In this document: piece by piece, positions 49,700 to 61,707 of the stretch
How the letters are laid out: the number at the start of each line of letters is the position of its first letter
Position numbering within the stretch: position 1 is the first letter of the stretch
DNA from: Chiloscyllium plagiosum
Lineage: Eukaryota
NCBI RefSeq assembly: GCF_004010195.1
Contig: NC_057752.1
Coordinates: forward strand, 4,291,626-4,355,625
Length of the DNA: 64,000 bases
Reading direction: 5' to 3'
Notes under the pieces: generated by a model
Told to the model about the DNA's origin: nothing
The model's database searches: none
Seen by the model: the letters and a program-made list of their open reading frames with translations, nothing else
Program-made: the position numbers and the translations under genes

Positions 49700-50185
49700 T
49701 GACCCACCATCCTCCTTAAACCTGCGGTAATCCAAAACACAACTGCCCCGTCTTAATTTGCAGGAAAAGGCATTCATCTATCACCCCTGTTCTCGCTGAT
49801 ATGCAATTGCTCCCAGCGAAGCAGTGTCTTGGTTTTAAAATTCTCAACCTTGTTTTCAAATCCATGCATAGCCTCACCCCTCGCCATCCCTGTAATTTAC
49901 AAATGTACAACACTTTGGGATATCTGTACTGCTCTAAACATGGCCTGTTGAGTATTCCCAATATTTATAGACCTACCATTCGTGTTTGTGACATCAGTTG
50001 TCTGGACCACAAGCTCTGGAATTCTGTGTTCTCTCTTCTCTCCCTTCAGAGATATCTTAAAACCTACCATTTAAACCAGGCTTTCAGTCATCTGTCCTAA
50101 TACCACTTTCTGAAGCATGTGTCATACTTTGTGCTATAATGTTCCTATGAACTCTACATTAAAGGAGCTATATAAGTTGCTGTTG
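49700..50185 (+). mobile_element. Ancient L2-type LINE 3' relic (related relic at ~31940-32320)
   Basis: FKILNLVFKSMHSLTP...KLWNS...YLKTYHL, typical L2 ORF2 C-terminus. Confidence 0.6.
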
Positions 50186-50740
50186 TTTAGATGTCTTGTG
50201 TGCTCTCAATGCAGATCATTCAGTGTATGCTTTTATCATTTTGAGTCCAGTCCTGAAGAAGTTATACCCGAACCCGACTTCTCCACCTCCTGATGCTGCC
50301 TGGCTTGCTGTGTTCTTCCAGATTCCTGCTTGTCTACCTTGGATTCCAGCATGTGCAATTTTTTAGTCTCTTTATCATTTTCAAAGCAAAGTTGGAGCCA
50401 CCACAAAGGAGGATTTTGTCAGAAAGAAAATTCATACTGACTTGTATATTTTGATTACACAAGAATATTTAAAATCAGATTCAACTAATCAAATGGATTA
50501 TGATGGCGAATAATCTCACAAACATTTCACAAACATTAATTTTTTCCTCATTAATTATGCATCCTCAGATGTTTTTAGTCACTAATTCTAAGTTCAGTCA
50601 TTATGGATTCAGAGATGTTTTAACTAGCTATTAGTATGCTTTGATATAGTACGGATAGAATATGGTCATGTTAATAAGCTAGGAGGTAAAAACAATGACT
50701 GCAGATGCTGGAAACCAGATTCTGGATTAGTGGTGCTGGA

Positions 50741-51441
50741 NNNNNNNNNNNNNNNNNNNNNNNNNNNNNNNNNNNNNNNNNNNNNNNNNNNNNNNNNNNN
50801 NNNNNNNNNNNNNNNNNNNNNNNNNNNNNNNNNNNNNNNNNNNNNNNNNNNNNNNNNNNNNNNNNNNNNNNNNNNNNNNNNNNNNNNNNNNNNNNNNNNN
50901 NNNNNNNNNNNNNNNNNNNNNNNNNNNNNNNNNNNNNNNNNNNNNNNNNNNNNNNNNNNNNNNNNNNNNNNNNNNNNNNNNNNNNNNNNNNNNNNNNNNN
51001 NNNNNNNNNNNNNNNNNNNNNNNNNNNNNNNNNNNNNNNNNNNNNNNNNNNNNNNNNNNNNNNNNNNNNNNNNNNNNNNNNNNNNNNNNNNNNNNNNNNN
51101 NNNNNNNNNNNNNNNNNNNNNNNNNNNNNNNNNNNNNNNNNNNNNNNNNNNNNNNNNNNNNNNNNNNNNNNNNNNNNNNNNNNNNNNNNNNNNNNNNNNN
51201 NNNNNNNNNNNNNNNNNNNNNNNNNNNNNNNNNNNNNNNNNNNNNNNNNNNNNNNNNNNNNNNNNNNNNNNNNNNNNNNNNNNNNNNNNNNNNNNNNNNN
51301 NNNNNNNNNNNNNNNNNNNNNNNNNNNNNNNNNNNNNNNNNNNNNNNNNNNNNNNNNNNNNNNNNNNNNNNNNNNNNNNNNNNNNNNNNNNNNNNNNNNN
51401 NNNNNNNNNNNNNNNNNNNNNNNNNNNNNNNNNNNNNNNNN
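50741..51441. other. Assembly gap (N run)
   Basis: Run of N. Confidence 1.
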
Positions 51442-52592
51442 TTCAATTTCTCCATTAGTCTACCATGGGAAATCTTATCAAACGCCTTAATAAAGTCCAT
51501 GTATACCACATCTACCGCTTTCCCCTCATCAACCTCCTTCGTCACCTTTTCAAAGAATTCAATAAGGTTTGTGAGGCACGACTTGCCCTTCACAAAACCA
51601 TGCTGACTATCCTTGATCACATTATTCCTATCCAGATGTTCATAAATCCTATCCCTTACAATTCTCTCTAAGACTTTGCCCACAACAGAAGTGAGACTCA
51701 CTGGCCTATAGTTACTAGGGTTATCCCTACTCCCCTTTTTGAACAAGGGTACCACATTTGCTATCCTCCAGTCTTCTGGGACTACTCCTGTAGACAAAGA
51801 GGACATAAAAATTAAGGCCAATGGCTCTGCAATCTCCTCCCTTGCTTCCCAGAGAATCCTAGGATAAATGCCATCAGGCCCAGGGGACTTATCTATTTTC
51901 ACCTTTTCCAGGATTTCCAACACCTCTTCTCTACATACCTCACAGCCATCCATTCTACTTATTTGTGACTCAGTATTCACATCGACGACAATGCCCTGTT
52001 CCTGAGTAAATACTGAAGAAAAGTATTCATTCAGTGTCTCCCCAATCTCTTCCGCCTCTACACGCAACTTCCCACTACTATCCTTGTCTGGACCTATTCC
52101 TACCCTAGTCATTCTTTTATTCCTAATATACCTATAGAAAGCCTTAGGGTTTTCCCTAATCCTACCGACTAAGGACCTTTCATGTCCCCTCCTTGCTGCT
52201 CTTAGCTCTCTCTTCAGGTCCTTCCTGGCTACCCTATAACTCTCAATCGCCCCAATTGAACCTTCACGTCTCATCTTGGGATAGGCCGCCCTCTTCCATT
52301 TAACAAGGGATTCCAATTCCTTATTACACCACGGCTCCCTCGCATGACCCTTTCCTCCCTGCCTGACAGGTACATAATTATCAAGGACACTCAATAGTTG
52401 CTCCTTGAACAAGCTCCACATATCATTTACACTCTTGCCCTTGGAGTCTACTTTTCCAAGCCACACATCCTAAGTCACGCCTCACCGCATCATAATTTCC
52501 CTGACCCCAGCTATAACTCTTGCCCTGTAGTACACACTTATCCCTCTCCATCACGAGAGTAAAAATCACCGAATTATGGTCACTATCCCCAG
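51442..52592 (-). mobile_element. CR1 LINE ORF2 fragment with an open reading frame of about 340 aa running into an assembly gap
   Basis: NPKAFYRYI, LNEYFSSVFT, KSPGPDGIYPRIL, VPEDWRIANVVPLFKKG, NYRPVSLTS, QHGFVKGKSCLTNL, VYMDFIKAFDKI. Confidence 0.93.
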
Positions 52593-54642
52593 AGTTGATA
52601 TGGAGAAGATGTCTCTGTTAGGACCCGAGGGCACAGTCTCAGAGTGAAGAGCCCTTTAGAACTGCGATGGATTTGTTTGGCCGGAGGGTGATGAATCTGT
52701 GGAACTGATTGCTGCAGAAGGCTGTGGAGGCCAAACCACGGAGTGTATTTAAGACAGGGATAATAGATTCAAGGGTTATGGGGAGAAGTCAGGAGAACGG
52801 GGTTGAATAACATATCTGCCATGATCAAATAGTGGAGCAGACCTAATTCTGCTCCTGTATGGTCTTATATAGTCTTGCTGCAATTGTGTGGGGTTTTGGT
52901 GAGACCACATCTGAAAGACTCTGAGCAGTTTTGGTCTCCATATTTATGGAAGAATGTCAACACAATAGTGGTGACTCAGTTGGCAAAATGGTTCGAGTGT
53001 GGTTTTGGGGAACAGCAATGGTGCAGGTTTGGATCCCCATTCCAGCTATGATACACTTGGGACCTGCATCCTCATCGTACCCCAGCAACTGCAATTGACA
53101 AATCATGCCAAGAGGTCAGCTCAGAATGAAACATCAGCAGACAATGGTGCAGAGTATGCTCACCGTACTGGCCTTGCATTGGGAATGATGCAATGAACAA
53201 TCACAGGGATGAGGGGGTTGTCTTATAAGGAGAGGCTGAATAGATTAGCCCAATATTCTCTGGAGTTCAGAAAAGTGGTCTGGTTGGAACATAGACAATT
53301 CTGAGGTGGGGCTTGGCAGGATCGATACAGGCAGGTTGGCTGGAATTTTCCCAGACTCTGAATGGCATGGGGAGCGAGAATGAAGAAAATGAGAATCTCA
53401 ACATCAAGGAAAGAAAGGAGTCTGACTTTTTTGCTTACATTTTTAATGGCCGGGTGAGTCTCTTGCTAGTGAGGTCTCGTCTTGTGTCACCATGACGATT
53501 TTGGCCCAGCTCTGTGTGGTGGTTTCATAGACCAGTACAGTACAGAAATGGGCCTTTTGGCCCACGCCGTTGTGCCGAACATGACGACAATTTAAACTAA
53601 TCCCTTCTGCCTGCCCTTGCTCCATATCCCTCCATGCCTTGCATATTCCTGCGCTTAACCAAAAGCCCCTCAAACACCTCTATCGTATCTGCCTCCATCA
53701 CCACCCGTGGCAGCGCATTCCCTTCCAAAATCAAAGACTTCATATTTTCTCACCATATACTTCAATCTCCCCAAAAATAGTTGTAACCATGAGGATTGGG
53801 AGGATTTTGCAATTCAACAAAGGTGGACTGAATGGCGTACTCCTGTGCCTATGTTCATGGTTGAGGTTGATTGATTTTTGGCAATTAAGAATCATGAAGA
53901 TAATGTAGGAAGTGCAGTTGAGGCATACAATTGACTGAATAGTGGAATAGGTTCAAATGACCCTACTCAAGCTTCTATTTCTTATTCTATATTCAATGAG
54001 GGATCATTATTTGTGAAATGATAGCAGAATGTCATAGCCACTTTGAAAACATGTGGCATTTCATCATAACTGTGATTTTCAATGAAATACCTCCTGATGG
54101 GTTCAAAAAAAGGTTGATTTGAATTCATACTATTGGAATGTGTGTGGTGTTGGTCACTGTGTGTAGGTTCTGAGTGATATTTGTTTCTGTTAGGTGATAC
54201 CTCATGAGATGAACTTTCGTTACTCAGAACATCTCATATTTAAACCAGGTCTTGCGCAGTTGAGGTATACAATTGACTGAATGATGAAATAGGTTCAAGA
54301 CTCTATGACCTACTCCAGCTTCTATTTCTTATTTTATGCTACTTAGAGCATCTCATACCTAAACCAGATCTCATGTCGTCAACACTTAGCTGAGTCAACC
54401 TCCATGTCCCAAAACATTGTGATGAGCACCAGCTCATGTTCCCACATGCACTTACTGTTACCAGTGCCTAAAAGTAACAATAGCTGTCAAAAAAAAGTGA
54501 AAAATGGGAACACATTAAATTGCCCATCAAAGGAATTGGAGACACAAGTCCTAACTCTCCCATACTCTTGACAAGCTCATCTCATTCATGAGGTTCACTT
54601 CCAATTGCTTGATTCCATTGCCAACAACTGATCACCTATCAA

Positions 54643-54950
54643 AGTGGCTCAGTGGTTAGCATTGCTGCCTAAGGACCTGGGTTTGATTCCTGCCTTGGGT
54701 GGAGTTTGCACATTCTCCTCATGTCTGTGTGGATTTGCTCTGGGTGCTCCGGTTTCCTCCCACAATCCAAAGATGTGCAGGTTAGGGTGGATTGATCATG
54801 CTAAATTGCCCATAGTGTTCAGGGATGTGTAGGTTGGGTGCTTTAGTCTGGGTAATTGTAGAGTGGTAGGGGAATGGGTCTGGGTGGGTTACTCTTTGGA
54901 GGGTCAGTGTGGATGAGCTGAGCTGACGGGCCTGTAGGGATTCGATGATT
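54643..54950 (+). mobile_element. HE1 SINE
   Basis: HE1 head, V core and tail with small deletions. Confidence 0.8.
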
Positions 54951-54999
54951 CTATGTCGATTAACTCCTCTTCTGTGCACTTCTGATGGCTAATATTGCT

Positions 55000-55300
55000 C
55001 AGTGTTCACTCTCCTCAGGTACTGTCCCCTTCTTCATCAAATCTGCTGACATTCCCTTCCAACTTCAAAATAACGACCTCTGACCCCACTGACCTGGCAA
55101 TTGACCCCCCCATCTTCGAAGCTTGCCCTTCCTGCAACTGCATACCATTGAATCATTCCAATCAGGTTTCTATGCACTGAAGGAGCCTCTGTCAAACTCA
55201 CACCATGAAATGTGCTATGAGTATGACTGTGGGTACTACCCTTCCTCAGCATTCTCAAGCTCTCTGCAGCCTTTCACACCATTGGTCAAGCCAATGTCCT
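55000..55300 (+). mobile_element. Highly degraded L2-type RT relic
   Basis: IESFQSGF...ctctctgcagcctttcacacc (LSAAF-T-like); related relic at ~60200-60670. Confidence 0.5.
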
Positions 55301-56204
55301 CTCCCAGTTTCTCCCTCTTCCCTCTGATGTCCCCCAAGGATCCAACTGGTGGCACAGGACGAGGCAGACACAGCTCTGTCCCCAACCCAGGGTCTCCCGT
55401 TGTGTTGGGGCTCTGGGAGGGTACAAGAAAAGCCCCATGGCTCCAGTTTGGAGGTGGTGGTCGTGGGAGTGCTGATAACGGCAGAACTGAGAGCCGGAGC
55501 CCATTGCAGAGACTCCCCGAGAGAAGCAGCAGAGGAGGAACAGGAAGGGGAAAGAAAAACAAGTTCAAGTTTAGCAATGTCTTTTCATCTATTCAGTAAT
55601 TCAAATTGGCATGTGTTGACAACGAACACTGTTTATTGAATTTTTTAAGTAAATATGACAACAAATCAGAATCTGCAGTGTGCACCCCACCCCAACTGCC
55701 ATTTTTGATTTGTTGCCCACCCCTTGATGACCATCAACTGGAAATGCAGTGTCTGATTCCACAGAGACGCAGACGACACCCAACTCTATCCTTATAAGCG
55801 CCTATCCTGGTTCCTGCACTGCTTTTGATCCAATGGCTTGCTGCCAAGTCTGACATCTCATACTGGAGAAGCAGAAATATCTTTCTGCTAAATATGAGAT
55901 GCAGGGATAAACAAGATGAGAGTTGAGTCCTCGTGTCCTCACCCCTCTCTATCCGTTTCAACTTCTCCTGCCCCACAACCTCTCAAGAACATTACATTCC
56001 TCGAATTCTGTGCACTCCTGTGCACTCATGATTTCCTTCACCCTTCATCAGTGGCTGTGCTTTGAGCTGCCCACCCCTACCTGCCCTTCCTAAATCTTGC
56101 CTTCCTGAAGACACAGCTTGTGTGCTACCTATCTGCTTAGGTTTTTGGGCATCTGCTCAAATATCTCAGAACAGGACTGCTGGTATCAAATTATGTTCAA
56201 TACT

Positions 56205-56975
56205 TGGGGTGGCGCAGTGTCTCAGTGGTTAGTGCTGTTGCCTCACAGCGCCAGGGACTCGGGTTCCAATTCCTGCCTCGGGCGACTGTCTGTGTGGAGT
56301 TTGCATATTCTCTCTATGCCTGCATGGGTTTCCTCCAGGTGCTCCGGTTTCCTCCCACAGTCATAGGGAGAGGCTGAACAGGCTGGGGTTGTTTTCCCTG
56401 GACCGTCGGAGGCTGAGGAGTGACCTTACAGAGGTTTACAAGATTATGAGGGGCATGGATAGAGTAAATAGACAAAGTGTTTTCCCTGGGGTGGGGGAGT
56501 CCAGAACTAGAGGGCATAAGTTTAGGGTGAGAGGGAAAAGATATAAAAAAGACCTAAGGGGCAACTTTTTCACGCAGAGGGTGGTATGTGTATGGAATGA
56601 GCTGCCAGAGGATGTGGTGGAGGCTGGTACAATTGCAACATTTAAGAGGCATCTGGATGGGTATATGAATAGGAAGGGTTTAGAGGGATATGGGCCGGGT
56701 GCTGGCAGGTGGGACTAGATTGGGTTGGGATATCTGGTCGGCATGGACGGATTGGACCGAAGGGTCTGTTTCCATGCTATACATCTCTATGACTCTTTGT
56801 GCAGGTTAGATGAATTGGCCATGCAAAAATGCCCATAGTGTTCAGGGATGTGCAGGTTAGGTGTATTAGTCTGGGGTAAAGGTAGGGGAATGGGTCTGGG
56901 TGGGTTACTATTCAGAGTGTCGGTGTGAACTTGTTGGGCCGAAGGGCCTGTTTCCACACTGTAGGGATTCTATAT
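56205..56975 (+). mobile_element. HE1 SINE interrupted by a CR1/HER1 3' fragment (~56362-56796)
   Basis: HE1 breaks at cctcccacagtc and resumes at tgtgcaggttag; insert encodes FSLDRRRLRSDLTEVYKIM...WNELPEDV. Confidence 0.88.
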
Positions 56976-57459
56976 TTAATATTCACAGCTACAGAATCTT
57001 GGGGGTGTTTTGCAATGTTAAAGCACGAGCAGATCTTGAGCATTGATCCTGACAGTATTGACAAAGCAGGGAGAGACAAGAAAGGTTATGATGCATAAAA
57101 GTGAGGAACTAACCCCCATCACCCTGCTCCCTGAGGTTTCAAGGATTTCTGGTCAGACTGCATTCCACACTGATACATCATGAGTTTACCAAACATGTTA
57201 TCATGCAGCAGGAGGAGAGATAAGCAAACTCACCTGCCCCCAAAAAATGTCTCATACGCTGAATTCTTATTAAAACAGCGCTGCATGACCTTGCCTCAGT
57301 AATCAGTTTTAACACAATTGAACTTTTCACGGACACAATTTGGCTCCAGCACTGAGGACTGGGGATGGATTGTTCACACAGAAATGCTTTAAAAAGTGGA
57401 GAAAAGGCACACCATCTTGACTTTGTAAAACCCCCAGTTTAATGATTGCATCTGTGTCT

Positions 57460-57790
57460 TAATGAAAGAATTTGCATTTAAAAAGAGCATTTCATGACCT
57501 GAGGACACTCCAAAATATTCAGTGAACAGTTTTCTCGAAGTGCAATCACCGTTGCGACGTGGAAGGCACGGTGGCCAATTTGCACAGACCACGATCCCAC
57601 AAAATGCACAGATGACCTTTTCAGTGATGTTGACAGAGCAATAAATATTGCCCATGCTTTGAGGGAGAGCTCTGCTCTTTCTTTCCAAATACTATCATGA
57701 GATGCTTTACATTAAAGCGCAGATGGGGTCGTGGTTAACATTTCATCAAAGGACAGCAGCTTTGACTGTGCAGCACTCCCTCAGTGACTT
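57460..57790 (-). mobile_element. Deu-domain SINE relic
   Basis: Reverse complement of cactgagggagtgctgcacagtc...tttgatgaaatgttaacc...gagcagagctctcc...caatatttat. Confidence 0.6.
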
Positions 57791-57916
57791 CCTCTTAAAA
57801 TACAACAAAACCAAATGCATTTCTTAATTGTATTTCTTAATGCAAAAAATGATTTACACGTATTGGAGCCACCGTGAGGTTTTGATAACTGGATGAACCC
57901 CAATTGTACTTTGGCC

Positions 57917-58840
57917 ATAGAGTCATAGAGATGTACAGCACGGAAACAGACCCTTCGGTCCACCCGTCCATGCCGACCAGATATCCCAACCCAATCTAGT
58001 CCCACCTGCCAGCACCCAGCCCATATCCCTCCAAACCCTTCCTATTCGTATACCCATGTAAATGCCTCTTAAATGTTGCAATTGTACCAGCCTCCACCAC
58101 ATCCTCTGGCAGCTTATACTCGTACCACCCTCTGTGTGAAAAAGTTGCCCTTTAGGTCTCTTTTATATTTTCCCCCCCTCACCCTAAACCTATGCCCTCT
58201 AGTTCCGGACTCCCCGACCCCAGGGAAAAGACTTTGACTATTTATCCTATCCATGCCCCTCATAATTTTATAAAGCTCTATAAGGTCACCCCTCAGCCTC
58301 CGACGCTCGAGGGAAAACAGCCCAAGCCTGTTCAGCCTCTCCCTGTAGCTCAGATCGTCCAACCCTGGCAACATCCTTGTAAATCTTTTCTGAACCCTTT
58401 CAAGTTTCACAACATCTTTCCGATAGGAAGGAGACCAGAACTGCAATATTCCAACAGTGGCTTAACCAATGTCCTGTACAGCCGCAACATGACCACCCAA
58501 CTCCTGTACTCAATCCTCTGACCAATAAAGGAAAGCATACCACACGCCTTCTTCACTATCCTATCTACCTGCAACTCCACTTTCAAGGAGCTATGAACCT
58601 GCACTCCAAGGTCTCTTTGTTCAGCAACACTCCCTAGCACCTTACCATTAAGTGTTTCAGTCCTGCTAAAATTTGCTTTCCCAAAATGCAGCACCTTGCA
58701 TTTATCTGAATTAAACTCCATCTGCCACTTCTCAACCCATTGGCCCATCTGGTCAAGATCCTATTGTAATCTGAGGTAACCCTCTTCGCTGTCCACTACA
58801 CCTCCAATTTTGGTGTCATCTGCAAACTTACTATCTGTAG
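57917..58840 (-). mobile_element. CR1/HER1 3' fragment
   Basis: [37 protein letters not shown], 3' UTR. Confidence 0.92.
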
Positions 58841-58844
58841 CCGA

Positions 58845-59470
58845 AAGGTCTTAGACAGTGGTTTTTCCCCACTGCGCCTTGCTGGCAGCTGCCCCAGGCT
58901 TTACTGCGTCTCTCAGTACACAGTTCTGGACCTTGGAACGTGCCAGTCTGCAACTCTCAGATGAAGTAAACTCCTAGCTCTGGAAGGCCAACAAGTTTCA
59001 GGCAAACCAAAGAGTGTCTTTCACTTCTGGTCCTCCAGGTGCGATCGATGTTTGTCTTGCTGTGTGTCCAAGGATACAGATCGTAGAGCGCAGAGTCCTG
59101 CATGATAGAGCTGCTCGACAGAAGCCACTACATCTTTCTCTGGACTTCCTTTGTGAAGGCACCTTCCAGCAGGAGATGTGTGACAGTCTCTACCCTGCTC
59201 CAAGGACAGCGTGCAGTGGCGCAGACAGACCAGGCATTCAGGAAGGATCTGACAGGTAGTGCCCTTATCGTCACCAACCAAGCGATGTCTTGCTGCTTGT
59301 TGGAAAGTTCTGGTGATGAGGCATTCTGACAAAGAACTTCGACTGTCTGCCCAGGGAGCCACATGACAGGATCCACGCTCTCCTTTTCCCTCAGGGTCTC
59401 CCATTGGGAATTTGGCATGGAGGTTGCTACCCCCTGCAGTCCCGAGCAATAGATCGTTAAGATGATTCAT
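58845..59470 (-). mobile_element. Tx1-like LINE ORF2 C-terminal relic (different family from 1412-4069)
   Basis: QNASSPELSNKQQDIAWLVTIRALPVRSFL...ARCP...ETVTHLLLEGAF (zf-RVT-like). Confidence 0.7.
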
Positions 59471-60689
59471 GGACCCCTATGCAGTCTGTAATCTCTGCAG
59501 CCTAGGGAACTCCAGCTTTCATCTTTACATACGGTTGGAGAACCGGTAGCCACTTTTCCATCACCTGAATAGGCAGTTCCAAGTTTCTGGTTGCACATTA
59601 GCCCTGTGCTCTTGAGATGGGGCTTGAAGCCTCTTCAATCAATGGGCATTCAGATTTCTGGAGTGCAGCGTTCAACACTGGGAATTATTTTTTAATTTAA
59701 TAGGTTTCCTTTAAAATTAAAATGCTCTTTACAGTGAGTTAATAGTGCCCATTTCACATGAGATGCTTAATTGGGTTTATTGGCATCAAAAGAGGATATT
59801 TCTCGTTGATGTATTCCCTCCTCACGATAACCTGTAAATGCTTCTATACAACCACGTACCCTTTGAAGGTTTTGTATTTATGACATTCTCCTCCTCATTA
59901 TCGATCTACAGCCAATCTTCAAAATCCAAACTGATCCATTTAATGAGATATTAGAGTTTATCCTAAATTAGCACAACAGCAGAAACATTACAACGGCTAT
60001 ACAGTTTTGCATTGTGCCATCCATCCAAACTACGTGCTAAACTTTGAATATGTGTAATAAAATGTAAAGCATAGGGTTTAAGATTACTAATGTACTTTGC
60101 TGTTGAGAAACCGCAACGGTCAACCATGGAATGCCAAAGTGAGTGTCTCTTGAATGAGACATTGATATTACACCATGCTGTCACTACTTTGTCCAGGAAA
60201 TGCACTTCCTGCATCCTTTAAATCCATTTTCATTTCAATATCAACTACCCAGTTTCCTTTCCTGGTCTCATGTTGTCTGATATTGTAAATGGTTCTCTCT
60301 CCTCAGCTACTGTTCCTCTCCCATTCAAAACCAATGTCATCAGCCCCACTCTTACCTCACAAGAACCTAGCCTTAACCCCTCTGCTTTGCAAACCAACAA
60401 TCATCTCCAACTCCTGTCAAAAGTTCTTAATATGGGATCACTTTTCAAAGCTGCGTCCATCGTTCCCATAACTTTGTACTCGGAACCCTTCGATCAGGTT
60501 TCCACCCTTGTCACAGCATTGAAAAGACCCTGAATCAAAGTCACAGATAATAATGCGCTGGGATTGTGGTCAGGTTAAACTGTCCCTCCCCATCCTTTCC
60601 GATCTGCCTTGGGTCTTTGACCTGGCTGACCTCACCATCTTCATTCAATGCCTCTTTACTATTGTCCTGTTGGACTGCCCTTACCTTGA

Positions 60690-61000
60690 ATCATAGAATC
60701 TCCACGGCCCATCACGTCCCCACCGACTGTCCGAAGAGCATCCCACCCATGCCCAAACCCGTAACCTATCCTTGCATTCCCCATGCTAATACACCTAGTT
60801 TGCACATCCCTGGATCCTATGGGCAAATTAGCACGGCCAAACCACCCCAATCTATATATTTGGACTGTGGGAGGAAACCGGAGCACCCGGAGGAAACCCA
60901 CACAGACACAGGGAGAATGTGCAAACTCCATACAGACAGTTGCTTGAGGCTGAAATCGAACCCAGATCCCTGATGCTGTGAGGCAGCAGTGCTAACCACT
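60690..61000 (-). mobile_element. HE1 SINE
   Basis: HE1 head and core on the minus strand. Confidence 0.82.
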
Positions 61001-61117
61001 TAGTTCCACTCTTGGCAGAATGTCTGCTTCAGTAGACTCACGACTTGAGTCTGCCCTACAGGGTACCATTTCTTGGTTTGTCTTTTCCATTTGCCTCTGC
61101 TATTATAGATCCATAAA

Positions 61118-61707
61118 GTCATAGAACTGTACTGCATGGAAACAGACCCTTCGGTCCAACTCGTCCATGCCGACCAGATATCCCAACCCAATCTAGTCCC
61201 ACCTGCCAGCACTTGGCCCATATCCCTCCAAACCTTTCCTATTCATATACCCATCCAGGTGCCTTTTAAATGCTGTAATTGTACCAGCCTCCACCACTTC
61301 CTCTGGCAGCTCATTCCATACACATACCCCTCTCTGCGTGAAAAGGTTGCCCCTTAGGTCTCTTTGATGATATCTTTCCCCTCTCACTTTAAACCTATGC
61401 CCTCTAATTCTGGACTCCCCTACCCCAGGGAAAAGACTTTGTCTATTTACCCCATCCACACCCCTCATGATTTTGTAAATCTCTACAAGGTCACCCCTCA
61501 GCGTCCGATGCTCCAGGGAAAACAGCCCCAGCCTGTTCAGCGTCTCCCTGTAGCTCAAATCCTCCAACCCTGGCAACATTCTTATAAATCTTTTTTGAAC
61601 CCTTTGAAGTTTCACAACATCCTTCCGATAGGAAGGAGACCAGAATTGCACACAATATTCCAACAGTGGCCTAACCAATGTCTTGTACAGCCGCAACATG
61701 ACCTCCC
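61118..61707 (-). mobile_element. CR1/HER1 3' fragment
   Basis: 168-aa ORF2 C-terminus MLRLYKTLVRPLLEYCVQFWSP...GPSAGRWD. Confidence 0.92.

Noticed and set aside
50705..52466. ORFs of 242-579 aa spanning the second gap
   Set aside because: Inflated by Ns; only the CR1 ORF2 part (51442-52466) is real.
55123..55639. ORFs of 96-158 aa as a possible host gene
   Set aside because: The 5' part is a decayed L2 RT relic and the rest has no recognisable domain or consistent splice pattern.
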